Positions 8,685 to 18,123 of a stretch of DNA of 64,000 bases are shown one piece after another. This stretch comes from Candidatus Latescibacterota bacterium (GTDB lineage Bacteria; Latescibacterota; UBA2968; SICM01): assembly GCA_009694805.1 (NCBI GenBank), contig SICM01000001.1, positions 23,657 to 87,656 of the forward strand. Direction: 5' to 3'. The translations under genes were made by a program, and so were the position numbers. Positions within the stretch are counted from its first letter, which is position 1. Each line of letters begins with the position of its first letter. Below the pieces are notes generated by a model. That model was not told the origin of the DNA. It did no database searches and saw nothing but the letters and a program-made list of their open reading frames with translations.

Positions 8685-9784
8685 CCCGAAACCCGGTACT
8701 TCTCCAGGGCCTTCATATCCAGCTCGCACCCCAGCCCCGGCTTCATCGGCACCACCGCATATCCATCCTCAAATTTTAACCCCTCCACGATCAGGTCGTC
8801 CTCCCGCGTCCAGCTCCCCACGAAATCGCAGGCCAGGACGCAGTTGGGGGCCGCCGCCGAGGTGTGCAGGTAGGCCGTCTCGATGATCCCCAGGTCGTTG
8901 CCCGACCCGTGCCAGACCGGGATGCCTGCGGCCTGCGCGAGGGCCGCGTTCTTGACGAACCCCGTCATGCTCCCCCCCAGATTCAGGTAGTCCACGGCCT
9001 CCGCCTTGATCGCGCTGATGATCGCGTTCGGGTCCCCCAGATGGAGCGCCACCGGGATTGTCGTGGCCGCCCGGAGCTGCCGGTACCAGTCCAGGTTCCA
9101 CTTGCGCATCGGATCCTCCAGCACCTCCACGTTGCCCAGCGCCTCGAACGCCTTCGCCAGCGCGATGGCCTCGGAGGGGCGGTAGAACCGCTGATTCGGG
9201 TCGACCGTGACCTTGAAGTCCACGCTCGTGGCGTCCCGGATCGCCCGGACCCGCTCCACCATCGGCTCGTCCGACGTACACTTCAGCTTGATCCCCTTGA
9301 ACCCCTGCTCGTAGCCCTTGCGGGCGCTCCTGGCCCCCTCCTCCACGGTCTGGTGCCCGATCCAGTAGTCCGCCTTCACCCGGTCCCGGCAGGCCCCGCC
9401 CAGCAGGGCGTGCGCCGGCAGGCCGTAGTGCTTGCCCAGGATGTCGAACAGCGCCATCTCGAACGCGTCGTAGGCCGGGCCCTGGCCCCCCCACGGGCTC
9501 TCCCAGGACCGGTCGTGCGCCCGCAGGGGCGCGGCCAGCGGCGCGGGGAAATTCTGGAGGCACATCCCGCGCGGGTCCTTCCCCTCGACCTGCTTCGCGA
9601 ACGCCTGCACCTCGTCCAGGGGGCATCCCCGGCCCGTCTCCCCGATGCCGTCGATCCCGTCATCCGTCCGCACGCGGAGGATATGCTTGGGGACCTGGTC
9701 CCACCCCGTCGGGATGTTGCTGTGTACCGTGCCGGGAACCGTGGGCACGACCACCGTCCAGATGTCCGTATGCGTGATTTTCAT
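8681..9784 (-). CDS. Enolase-superfamily enzyme (mandelate racemase/muconate lactonizing enzyme family), paralogue 1
   Basis: Start MKITHTDIW at 9784 with RBS GGAGGAAAA. Capping domain plus TIM-barrel pattern (IDGIGE..., KLKC, DPNQR, LEDP). Confidence 0.85.
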   Translation of the reverse strand: MKITHTDIWTVVVPTVPGTVHSNIPTGWDQVPKHILRVRTDDGIDGIGETGRGCPLDEVQAFAKQVEGKDPRGMCLQNFPAPLAAPLRAHDRSWESPWGGQGPAYDAFEMALFDILGKHYGLPAHALLGGACRDRVKADYWIGHQTVEEGARSARKGYEQGFKGIKLKCTSDEPMVERVRAIRDATSVDFKVTVDPNQRFYRPSEAIALAKAFEALGNVEVLEDPMRKWNLDWYRQLRAATTIPVALHLGDPNAIISAIKAEAVDYLNLGGSMTGFVKNAALAQAAGIPVWHGSGNDLGIIETAYLHTSAAAPNCVLACDFVGSWTREDDLIVEGLKFEDGYAVVPMKPGLGCELDMKALEKYRVSG

Positions 9785-9801
9785 TTTTCCTCCAGGCTCA
9801 C

Positions 9802-9822
9802 GGGCGACCACAAGGGTCGCCC
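9802..9822. repeat. REP-like GC hairpin (gggcgacc-acaa-gggtcgccc, followed by ctac)
   Basis: Perfect 8-bp stem inside the 38-nt spacer between stop 9823 and start 9784. The stop codon TAG (9823-9825) is part of the element's ...CCCCTAC end. Confidence 0.7.
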
Positions 9823-12800
9823 CTACTTCCACTCACACGCCACGTTCGCGACCACGGCCGGCCAGCCGCTCTCCGTCGTCACCTGCGCGACCGTCTGGAT
9901 CTCCCAGGCGTCCCCGACCTCGAAGTCGTAGAGGTAACCTTTGGAATAGTCCTTCTGATCTTTGACATCCTGTACGAACGTCAAATTCCCCAGGTCGATC
10001 TCCGACGTCCCGTCCACGGCCTTCGAGACCCCCCGGATCGTGTAGCAGGCGTCGCGCGGGCCATTCGTGTGAACCCGCAGCATCGCCCCGGCCAGCCGTT
10101 CCCCTTCCGGAAGATCCGCATCCACCCGCACCCAGGACGGGCCCGTGTCCCCCGTGTACATGGCCGTGATCCGGCTCGTGTAGGCCGGCCGCTCGATCGA
10201 CAGCGCCTTCCCGGCGACCTCCACGCGCGTGCCCCCCACGGCCAGGATCGACTCCAGCCGCCCGTCCCGCGTCGAGACGACGACGAACCGCCCCGCCGCC
10301 CGGATGCCCCCCAGGTCGAAGACCCGCGCCGGGTCGTCCGACGACAGGATCGTATCCAGGCGCCCGTCAGCCGTCTCGACCCGCACCGCCGCCGCCGTCA
10401 GGTCCTCCGGCCCCAGCCCGAGGTCGATCCGCTCGGCCCGCTTCAGATGCCGCCGGTCCCCGTACGGCTCCACGACCGAGACGAACAGGCTCCGGGGCCT
10501 TGCCCGGTGCGCCAGGACGTAGCGCAGCCGACGCGGATTCCCCGGCTTGTTGCGCGGCGGGTCCCCGTGGGCGATGGCCGCGTCATCCACCTCGGACAGC
10601 ATCGTGTACCGGACATGTACTTCTCCATCCCCGACCTTCGTCCCCCACGTGTCCTTCAGCCGGTACGTCACCGACCAGCCCGGCGCAGGAGAGGCCACCC
10701 GCGCCACGTCGTAGAGATAGGAGAAACCGCTCCCCCTGTAGCGTCCGTCCGGCGGGCCGTCGTAGTGCTGCCCGAACGGGATCTCCTCCCCCGCGTACGT
10801 CCCCCGCGCCTGCGCGCGCAGATCCAGCCCCTCGGCCTCGACTTCCCCCTCGCCCGCGTGGAAGCTCAGGACGTGGTCCGCGCCCCCCGCCACCCGGAAC
10901 ATATCCACAAGATACGACTCCGCCGGAGACGTGTCAATCCCGATGAACGTCCTGCGGTACTCCTGTACCCCCGGATAGGCGTCCGGCGAGCGCACGTCGA
11001 TCATCCTCACGCCCCCCGCGTCCGCGTAAGCCAGGCAGCGCCCCCCGAAGCTGGCCTCCTGCGCCTTCCGGTCCACGACCACGGTGTTGTGGGAGATCGT
11101 GTTCTTTGTCCACCCGGCCCGCGCCGGCCAGCGCTGATCCGCATACTCAGGATACCCCAGATCGGGCAGGATGTCCATGCCCCGGTAGTAGAACCCGTAG
11201 TTGAGGCGGTCCCAGTGGCCGTGCCCCCAGGTCCGGCCGTAGTAGAGCCACGCCGCCCGGCGCTCGTCCCCGACCCCGGACGATTCACAGGATCGTCTTC
11301 CCTCCCCCTCCCTGCTCCGGAACATCGCGAACCCGTAGCCGTTCAGGTGTGTGCTGTCGAGTCGCAACTCGCCGCGCTCCCGGACGATCTCCGCGATCTC
11401 CCGCTGGACCGCCTCCGGGTCCTCGTCGAAGACTGGCGTGTGCAATCCCTCCACGCGATCCCCGTTCAGCTTGTACGCCAGCTGCGCGTAGAACGGGTCC
11501 TTGAACAGCCGGAACGCCTTGAGCGCCAGCGGAAGGTTGACCGAGGTCATGCCGGGGTCCCCTGTCCTTCCCGTGTCCCCGATGCGCGGCGTGTACCGGT
11601 CCAGCGCCGTGATCAGATAGGGGAGCCGGTACATCTTCCGGAACCGGGGGAAGTCCCGGTAGAGGTCGTGCCTCGTGTACTTCGGATACCGGGACAGGAC
11701 CTCCGCGCACCGCTCGAAATAGGTCATCCAGCCGAAGTTGTAGCTCGGCGCGGCCTCGTCCCCCGCGCCATCCCGGTCCACCTTCCCGTTGAACACCGAG
11801 GCCACGTGCCCGCCCCCCTCCCCCCGGTCCCCCGGTGCAAACACCCAGTCCAGCGCCGTCGGCGTCTCCTCCGGGTGATCGAGCGCCACCGCCGCCACCG
11901 TCATCGCCGTCTGCACCATCCCCTCGTTGCCCCGCATCCGGCGGTCGTGGCAGGACTTGATGAACTCCCGCAGCAGCCCGTCCTCGATGTTGCGCCGAAT
12001 GGCCGCGACAGACGACTTGTCCCGCAGCCCGTGTCTCCGGGCCTTCTCCGACAGGAAGGCCACGAGCGCATCGTCCCCCGCCATCCCCTCGTAGATCGCG
12101 TCATAGGCGTCCGCGAGCCGGACGGCCATGCCGTTCTCCCAGATCGCCCCCACGATCCGCCCCTTCTTGCTGCTCCCATCCGAGTTGTAGAGGCCCTGCT
12201 CGCAGTAAGGGCCGAGATCCATGGCCGGATACACATCCGCGGTCCGGTCCAGCAGTACTGCCGCCTTGTGCGCGTAGACCCCCTCCCCCGTCAGCAGATA
12301 CGCCTGGCCGAGATGTCTCAGCGCGTCCGGGATGAACCCCCATGTGCCGTAGTGTCCATAGTAGGCGATGAACCACCAGCGGTTCCCCTGCTCATCGAAC
12401 CACCCATAGGCGTCGTCCACCGCATACTTGTGGAGCGGGTCCTTCGGGTCCGGGTGTTCGGCGTTGAACAGCAGCGCCGCGTCCGCCAGCTTCCGGTCGA
12501 ACACCCCATCCGGCCCCAGGCCGCTCCTGTAGAACGCCCCAAAATCGTTCTTCGGCCAGACCTCCCCGCAGGACGGGCATTCCAGCTTCCAGGGCCGGTC
12601 CACGTCCAGCTTCCAGGGATAGTTCCCCCCCTTCTCGTAGACCGCCCGGCCACACTTCGGGCAGCCCAGGTCCGGGTTGGCGTGGATGCCGCGCGGGATC
12701 GACTGCCCCGTCACCATCGTCCAGAGGTCCTCGTCCGTCCGCGTGATCCACGATGCGCACGCCTTCACGTGCGCCTCCATCTCCTCCCGCGCCCACGCAT

Positions 12801-12876
12801 ATCGCTTCGCATTGCGCCGGGCCGAGGCAATCTCCTCTTTCGTGTGCAGCGTCGTGCTGGTCTTTCCGGATGCCAT
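9823..12876 (-). CDS. Heparinase II/III-like (polysaccharide-lyase-like) protein with N-terminal double CxxC zinc ribbon; no signal peptide seen
   Basis: 1017 aa. CPKCGRAV...ECPSCGEVWP near the N-terminus. Heparinase II/III-like C-terminal signature region HGHWDRLNYGFYY...ISHNTVVVD. RBS AAGGAGG upstream of the ATG at 12876. Confidence 0.8.
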   Translation of the reverse strand: MASGKTSTTLHTKEEIASARRNAKRYAWAREEMEAHVKACASWITRTDEDLWTMVTGQSIPRGIHANPDLGCPKCGRAVYEKGGNYPWKLDVDRPWKLECPSCGEVWPKNDFGAFYRSGLGPDGVFDRKLADAALLFNAEHPDPKDPLHKYAVDDAYGWFDEQGNRWWFIAYYGHYGTWGFIPDALRHLGQAYLLTGEGVYAHKAAVLLDRTADVYPAMDLGPYCEQGLYNSDGSSKKGRIVGAIWENGMAVRLADAYDAIYEGMAGDDALVAFLSEKARRHGLRDKSSVAAIRRNIEDGLLREFIKSCHDRRMRGNEGMVQTAMTVAAVALDHPEETPTALDWVFAPGDRGEGGGHVASVFNGKVDRDGAGDEAAPSYNFGWMTYFERCAEVLSRYPKYTRHDLYRDFPRFRKMYRLPYLITALDRYTPRIGDTGRTGDPGMTSVNLPLALKAFRLFKDPFYAQLAYKLNGDRVEGLHTPVFDEDPEAVQREIAEIVRERGELRLDSTHLNGYGFAMFRSREGEGRRSCESSGVGDERRAAWLYYGRTWGHGHWDRLNYGFYYRGMDILPDLGYPEYADQRWPARAGWTKNTISHNTVVVDRKAQEASFGGRCLAYADAGGVRMIDVRSPDAYPGVQEYRRTFIGIDTSPAESYLVDMFRVAGGADHVLSFHAGEGEVEAEGLDLRAQARGTYAGEEIPFGQHYDGPPDGRYRGSGFSYLYDVARVASPAPGWSVTYRLKDTWGTKVGDGEVHVRYTMLSEVDDAAIAHGDPPRNKPGNPRRLRYVLAHRARPRSLFVSVVEPYGDRRHLKRAERIDLGLGPEDLTAAAVRVETADGRLDTILSSDDPARVFDLGGIRAAGRFVVVSTRDGRLESILAVGGTRVEVAGKALSIERPAYTSRITAMYTGDTGPSWVRVDADLPEGERLAGAMLRVHTNGPRDACYTIRGVSKAVDGTSEIDLGNLTFVQDVKDQKDYSKGYLYDFEVGDAWEIQTVAQVTTESGWPAVVANVACEWK

Positions 12877-12944
12877 GGTTAAAGGAACCTCCTTTCTACG
12901 TCCTCTGCGGTTCCGGTACGTAGGATGTAGACCGTGCGCATGGG

Positions 12945-14423
12945 CTAAAAATCATCCAGGGGGTAGAGGGGCCGGGTCACACGGGTGAACTTCACCTGGC
13001 GCATGTCGGCGCGCGTGGGTCCGGGCGTGTCGGCCATCAGCAGCCGGTCCGCCAGCGGCCCGAAGGCCACACGGAAGTGCGACGGAGACTTGACGAACAC
13101 CAGCGCCGCGTCCTTCGGGTCCAGCCCCACGGCATAGTACATCGCCGGGTCCCATTCGAAGGATGGGAATGACCGAATGCACAGACGGATGGCCCCGATC
13201 CCCAGCACCGCCGTCAGCCCCATGTTCATCTGCAAACCCGTCGCGCCGGAGCCCTTGAACCGGTAGAGGCCGTCCGACAGCAGATGCACCCGCCCCGTGA
13301 CCGTCAGCGGATCGCCGTCCAGGACCGATACCCTGTGTCCCACGCGCAGGGTGACCGCGCTCCCCACGCCCGCAGCCGCGGCCACCTGCGCCGCCTCCGC
13401 ATCGCAGAGACACAGGTACGTGGGCCGGCCCGCCCGGTCCGCGCCCTGCGCGAGCAGCGCCCGCAGCACCGCCACGTTGTCCGCCGCCGAGCCGCCCGTG
13501 GGCGCGTCGCCGAGATCCCCCACCACGGTCAGCCCCCCGGGGGCCTCCAGGCCGACCCGGATGGCCTCCTCCAGCGGCGTCAGATCCGGCTCGAAATCCG
13601 CCCGCGCGGCCCAGGCCATGTCCGCAAGTTCGTCCGCCGCCGCCTGCGCCCCGGCGCGGTCCCCGTCCGTCACCACCACCACCGCGAAACCCAGGTCCGG
13701 CACATCCATCCACGGCTGCACCGGAAACAGCGAGGCGTGCAGCGCGCGCCCGGACCGCTCCATCTCCCGGGCGGCCTCCCACACCCGCCGGAGCGGCCCG
13801 TCCGACGTACGGGCATTCGCGGCGCTCACCACCATCGGCCGCCTGGCCAGCGCCATCGCGGGCCGCCGTTCCCCCCTGAGCGTCTGCAGGTAGAGCCTGG
13901 CCGCTCGCAGGCCCGTCTCGTAGATGTCGATGTGCGGATACTCCCGATACCCGACGATGAACGTCGCCTGATTCACCATGCGCGGCGTGACGTGCGCGTG
14001 CAGGTCCAGGCTGACGCCCACGGGCATCGCCGGCCCCACCACGGCCCGCACCGCCTCCAGGATGGCCCCCTCCGCGTCCGGTTCGTCCTCCACGACCATC
14101 GCCCCGTGCAGGGCCAGCAGGACCCCGTCCACCGGGAGCGCGGCCTTCAGGCGGGCGATCAGCTCCCCGAGCAGATGATCGAACGTGGGCCGGGTCAGCG
14201 GCCCGCTGGCCGCGGCGAACCCGGCCAGCAGCGGCACGGGCGTGACGCCCTCCTCCCGGAACACGCTCAGATAGGCCGGGACCTCCACCCGCGCGTCCCC
14301 GTAACCCGTCAGCACCTCCTCGCCGTACAGCAGGTAGTAGGACGCGAAGGTCTCCAGCGTGGTCGGCATCGGCACGAAGCTGTTCGTCTCCTGCATCAGA
14401 GACCCGATGGCGATGCGTATCAT
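12945..14423 (-). CDS. M81 family metallopeptidase (MlrC/microcystinase C-like)
   Basis: The N-terminus MIRIAIGSLMQETNSFVP is the characteristic MlrC/DUF1485 start. 492 aa matches the family size. Confidence 0.85.
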   Translation of the reverse strand: MIRIAIGSLMQETNSFVPMPTTLETFASYYLLYGEEVLTGYGDARVEVPAYLSVFREEGVTPVPLLAGFAAASGPLTRPTFDHLLGELIARLKAALPVDGVLLALHGAMVVEDEPDAEGAILEAVRAVVGPAMPVGVSLDLHAHVTPRMVNQATFIVGYREYPHIDIYETGLRAARLYLQTLRGERRPAMALARRPMVVSAANARTSDGPLRRVWEAAREMERSGRALHASLFPVQPWMDVPDLGFAVVVVTDGDRAGAQAAADELADMAWAARADFEPDLTPLEEAIRVGLEAPGGLTVVGDLGDAPTGGSAADNVAVLRALLAQGADRAGRPTYLCLCDAEAAQVAAAAGVGSAVTLRVGHRVSVLDGDPLTVTGRVHLLSDGLYRFKGSGATGLQMNMGLTAVLGIGAIRLCIRSFPSFEWDPAMYYAVGLDPKDAALVFVKSPSHFRVAFGPLADRLLMADTPGPTRADMRQVKFTRVTRPLYPLDDF

Positions 14424-14435
14424 GGGGCCTCCTGT

Positions 14436-15335
14436 TCAAATATCGTGTACATCCCCCATCCTCGTGGGCCGCTCCTCCTGCCCCCACGGCATCGGCATCG
14501 TGGGCGATACCGCATGATGATCCCCACGCAACGGCCTGGGCCGGGCGCGAAACTCCGTAGCCATCCGGGCCAGCTGCCTGGCCGCCTCCTTCACCGCCCG
14601 CTCCCCCTTCTCCTTCGTGCCCAGCGTGGCCTCCCCCAGCACCCCCGTGTCGCTGTAGGACGCCGTCCAAGACACGGCCGTCCCCGGCCCGGCGCTGAAC
14701 AGGTCCACCCACTGGAAGTCCGACGGATGGGTCACGTGAAAGGCGATCTCCCCGTCCGCGACCTTCTCCTTCCGCACGTTGTCCTCGTCCAGATAGAGGT
14801 AGACCGACGTCTCCAGCTCGCACGCGTGCGCGCACCCGCCGGGGAACTTACTCTCCCGCCAGGAGGGCATGAACGCCTTGTCCACGCCCAGCAGGTTCCA
14901 CCACGACATCGCCACGCACTCCGCATCCGTCTCCAGGTTCACCCGCCGCGCGGCCAGGTCCAGGTTCGGCGCGTTCGAGCCGTGGCCGTTGAGCAGCACG
15001 ATCTTCTTGAACCCGTGGTACGCCAGGCTCTTGCCCACGTCCACCACGAACTTGATGAAGTGCTCCCAGTGGATGTTGATCGTGCCGGGGAAGTCCATGA
15101 CGTGCGCCGTGTAGCCGTGGACGACCGGCGGCATCACGAGCACATCGTCCGGGATCAGCCGCGCCGCCGCGTGCGCAATACCCGTCGGGCAGACCACGTC
15201 CACGTCCAGCGGCAGGTGGTGCCCGTGCTGCTCGGTGGACCCGATGGGGACCACCACAACCTTCTTGGCCTGCACGGCCTGGTTGATCTCCGGCCACGTC
15301 AGTTTTTCGTAACGCCAGGGTTCCGCCTTGGGCAT
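14436..15335 (-). CDS. Creatininase/creatinine amidohydrolase family protein
   Basis: Motif VVPIGSTEQHGHHLPLDVD. I prefer the second ATG (15335), 6 nt after AGGAGG, over the listed 15341. Confidence 0.85.
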   Translation of the reverse strand: MPKAEPWRYEKLTWPEINQAVQAKKVVVVPIGSTEQHGHHLPLDVDVVCPTGIAHAAARLIPDDVLVMPPVVHGYTAHVMDFPGTINIHWEHFIKFVVDVGKSLAYHGFKKIVLLNGHGSNAPNLDLAARRVNLETDAECVAMSWWNLLGVDKAFMPSWRESKFPGGCAHACELETSVYLYLDEDNVRKEKVADGEIAFHVTHPSDFQWVDLFSAGPGTAVSWTASYSDTGVLGEATLGTKEKGERAVKEAARQLARMATEFRARPRPLRGDHHAVSPTMPMPWGQEERPTRMGDVHDI

Positions 15336-15351
15336 GATCATCCTCCTGATC

Positions 15352-16497
15352 TTACAGCGTCGATTTCGTCAGCTTCATCCCGCCCGTGTGCCGGGCGATG
15401 CCATCCTCGTTCCACTCGAACCCGAGGCCCGGCCCGTCCGGGATGGCCAGCATGCCGTCCGCGTCCATCCGCAGGGGCTCGGCAAAAAGGTCCTCCACAT
15501 AGGGCGCGGGCGTGATGTACTCCACCCAGCGGGCGTTGCCCGCAGCGGCCACGAGCTGGAGGTCCGCCGCCAGACCCACGGACGTGTTCCAGCCGTGCGG
15601 CACCATCAGGATCGAGTGATCGTCCGCGTACTGCCCGATCCGATGCTCCTCCGTCAGCCCCCCCACCTTGGCCACGTCCGGCTGGATGTAGTCCACCGCC
15701 CGTCGCTCGATCCACTCTATGAATGCCTGTCGGCGCGTGAGCACCTCGCACGACGCGATGGGCACGGGAGAGTGCTCCCTGAGCTGGATGTAACCCTCGA
15801 TGTCATCCGGCCGCAGCGCCTCCTCGAACCAGGTCACGTCATACTGCGCGAGCATCCGCGCCGTGTTGATCGCCCACTTGTACCCGTGCGGCCAGTACCC
15901 GTCCGACCCGCCCGCGTCCACCATCAACTCACAGTCCGGCCCGATGGCCTCGCGGGAGGCCGCCACGATCGCCTCGTCCGTCCGCGCGTCCCGCCGCCCG
16001 AAAGGACCCCACCCGATCTTGAACGCCCGGAACCCCCGCGCCATCGCCGCCTGCAGGCGGTCCTTCATCTGCGCAGGCGCCGTCATCAACATGGACCCGT
16101 AGGGCTTGATCCGCTCCCGATGCCGTCCCCCCAGGAGCCGACTGATCGGCTGCCGTGTCACCTTCCCGAAGATGTCCCACAGCGCGATGTCGATCCCGGA
16201 GATCGCGTGCGTGATCGTGCCCCCGCGCCCCTGCCAGAACGTCTGCTGGTGCAACGTCTCGGAAGTGGCCGCCGGGTCCAGCGCCGAAGCGCCATAGAGG
16301 AAGGGTTCCAGCACGCTGAGCGCCCCCTGCACGAGCGGCGTGGAGGTGTAGGCGGTGCCCAGGCCCGTCACCCCCTCGTCGGTGATCACCTCCACCAGCG
16401 TCAGGAGATTGCGTTCCGGCTTGTTGAACTTCTGGTCCCATCCCCCGTCCGGGGTCTGGCCGAACAGCGGGAGGAGGCGAACGTCTCGGATTTTCAC
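15352..16497 (-). CDS. Enolase-superfamily enzyme (mandelate racemase/muconate lactonizing enzyme family), paralogue 2
   Basis: GTG start (MKIRDVRLL). Motifs GIDIALWDIFGK, FKIGWG, MVDAGG and FEE, typical of MR/MLE-type dehydratases and epimerases. Confidence 0.85.
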   Translation of the reverse strand: MKIRDVRLLPLFGQTPDGGWDQKFNKPERNLLTLVEVITDEGVTGLGTAYTSTPLVQGALSVLEPFLYGASALDPAATSETLHQQTFWQGRGGTITHAISGIDIALWDIFGKVTRQPISRLLGGRHRERIKPYGSMLMTAPAQMKDRLQAAMARGFRAFKIGWGPFGRRDARTDEAIVAASREAIGPDCELMVDAGGSDGYWPHGYKWAINTARMLAQYDVTWFEEALRPDDIEGYIQLREHSPVPIASCEVLTRRQAFIEWIERRAVDYIQPDVAKVGGLTEEHRIGQYADDHSILMVPHGWNTSVGLAADLQLVAAAGNARWVEYITPAPYVEDLFAEPLRMDADGMLAIPDGPGLGFEWNEDGIARHTGGMKLTKSTL

Positions 16498-16534
16498 AGG
16501 AGTTCCCTCGCTACGATAGAGTGAGTCTCACAAA

Positions 16535-16930
16535 TCAAGCCACCGGCAACGGACCTGCGGCGACCAGTTTCTTCTGCCGAGGGTCCACCGACAGATTCAA
16601 TCCCTCAAGGGTCCTTGCTCCCAGGAGCAGAAGGTCCCCTTTCTCCGCGAACACGACCTCGTCAATCGTAAAATATTTCCCGACTCTGATGATCGCAAAC
16701 CCGACGCTTCGGGTGATCTGCTGCCCGTTTGCCATGACAAAAGGCAGGTCTTTCTTCTCCCGTTCAACGCCGATCCTGTCCAGAAAGGCCTCTGGCGCCC
16801 ACGTGTACTCGCTGCCGGTGTCAACGAGAATTTTGGGGATTTTCGCCGACCGGGTGCGGTCTACATGATTCTGGATCATACAACCCGTGTAAAATGTGCC
16901 CATCGGAGTTCCTCTCAAAACGACCTTCAT
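16535..16930 (-). CDS. Retropepsin-like (clan AA) aspartic protease
   Basis: VDTGSE active-site motif and family-like tail (LLLGARTLEGL). The ATG at 16930 overlaps the upstream stop as ATGA. An alternative ATG at 16903 has RBS GAGAGGA. Confidence 0.7.
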   Translation of the reverse strand: MKVVLRGTPMGTFYTGCMIQNHVDRTRSAKIPKILVDTGSEYTWAPEAFLDRIGVEREKKDLPFVMANGQQITRSVGFAIIRVGKYFTIDEVVFAEKGDLLLLGARTLEGLNLSVDPRQKKLVAAGPLPVA

Positions 16931-18123
16931 TCCTCCAGGAATCTTACGCCTGCGGGCGGGCCGCCGAAGTCGGGGACATCCAGCAGCGCCCCCTCCTGCT
17001 CCGCCGACGCGTGCGCCACGATCCCCGGCGCGCAGTACCGGGCCGCGGCCCAGATGTGGTTGGGCGGGAGATGGCCCGTGACGCACGCCCTCACGAAATC
17101 GTCCGCCAGGAACTGATGAGACCCGTAGTGGCCGTTGGGCAGGCCCCGGAACGCCTCCGGCAGGCGCTCCGGGCGATGGACCCTGGCCATGCTCGTGTAA
17201 AACTCACTCTGCGCCCCATGGGCCGCTGCCTCCGGTTTGAGCGTCCGGCAGGTCAGCAGGTCGGTCAGATCGACGACCTCCTTCTGCCGCGTGACCCAGA
17301 CCTGCGCGTTCGCCTGCTCCTCGTAGCTGCCCTCCGTGCCCAGGATGCTCACCCGAACCGACCTCCCCGTTGACCCCACCCGGCGAAACTCGTTGATCCG
17401 GCACATCCCCCCGTCCGAGGACCGGAACAGCGCGGACTCGTTACTGAAGACATTCTGCCACGCACTTACGTCCTTCTGGAACACCCCGTCCTCGTGGTCA
17501 TCCACGTAGCCCAGGCAGGAGACCCGCGTCATCCGCGCCCCGGTCACGGCCAGCACCATGCTCACCGAGTGGGTCGGATACAGCATCGGCGGAAATCCGG
17601 CGTAGCGCTTCCAGTCTGCGCCGTTGCTCCCCTGGTACGCCTCGTAGAACCCGTGGGACATGTCGTGATAGTACTCCCCCTCCCCGTAAACGAATCTTCC
17701 AAAGTCCCCTTTTCTGAACCGCTCCCGGCAGTAGACATTGGAGGGGTAATAATAACTTGTCTCGCCCAGCATGTACATCAGGCCGGTCTCCTGGACCGTC
17801 TCCACCAGAGTGCGCAACTCCTCCATAGTCGCCGCCGTCGGGACCGCCGAGTACACGTGCTTGCCCGCCCGGAGCGCCTGGACGGCCTGAGGCCCGTGCA
17901 GCCACCGCTGCGTGAAGAGGGCGACCGCGTCCACGTCGCTCTCACAGAGCGTGTCCAGGGAATCGTATGCCTTCTCGATCCCGAACCGCCGCGCCTGCTC
18001 CTCCCTCCGGCCAGGGTCCACCTCCGCAATCGACACCTCTTCCACCAGCGGGTGCGCCCTGAACAGCGGGATGAAACACGCCGCAAACGCCCCTGCCCCG
18101 CAGACGCCGATCCTGATCCCCAT
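16927..18123 (-). CDS. Gfo/Idh/MocA family oxidoreductase
   Basis: The true start MGIRIGVCGAGAFA at 18123 is a Rossmann N-terminus, and TGATG overlaps the upstream stop. The listed 639-aa ORF is an artefactual extension over gene 18123..19220. Confidence 0.85.
   Translation of the reverse strand: MGIRIGVCGAGAFAACFIPLFRAHPLVEEVSIAEVDPGRREEQARRFGIEKAYDSLDTLCESDVDAVALFTQRWLHGPQAVQALRAGKHVYSAVPTAATMEELRTLVETVQETGLMYMLGETSYYYPSNVYCRERFRKGDFGRFVYGEGEYYHDMSHGFYEAYQGSNGADWKRYAGFPPMLYPTHSVSMVLAVTGARMTRVSCLGYVDDHEDGVFQKDVSAWQNVFSNESALFRSSDGGMCRINEFRRVGSTGRSVRVSILGTEGSYEEQANAQVWVTRQKEVVDLTDLLTCRTLKPEAAAHGAQSEFYTSMARVHRPERLPEAFRGLPNGHYGSHQFLADDFVRACVTGHLPPNHIWAAARYCAPGIVAHASAEQEGALLDVPDFGGPPAGVRFLEE

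Noticed and set aside
10069-12882. 937-aa plus-strand ORF antisense to the heparinase-like gene. Similar giant antisense or alternative-frame ORFs lie at 38844..42896 (1350 aa), 13284..15515, 12952..14835, 22287..24368, 59635..61782 and 55136..56587.
   Set aside because: Their composition is extremely Arg/Pro/Gly/Ala/His-rich and low-complexity, with no recognisable motifs. Each lies opposite, or out of frame with, an ORF that has clear family signatures. They are classic GC-rich shadow ORFs.
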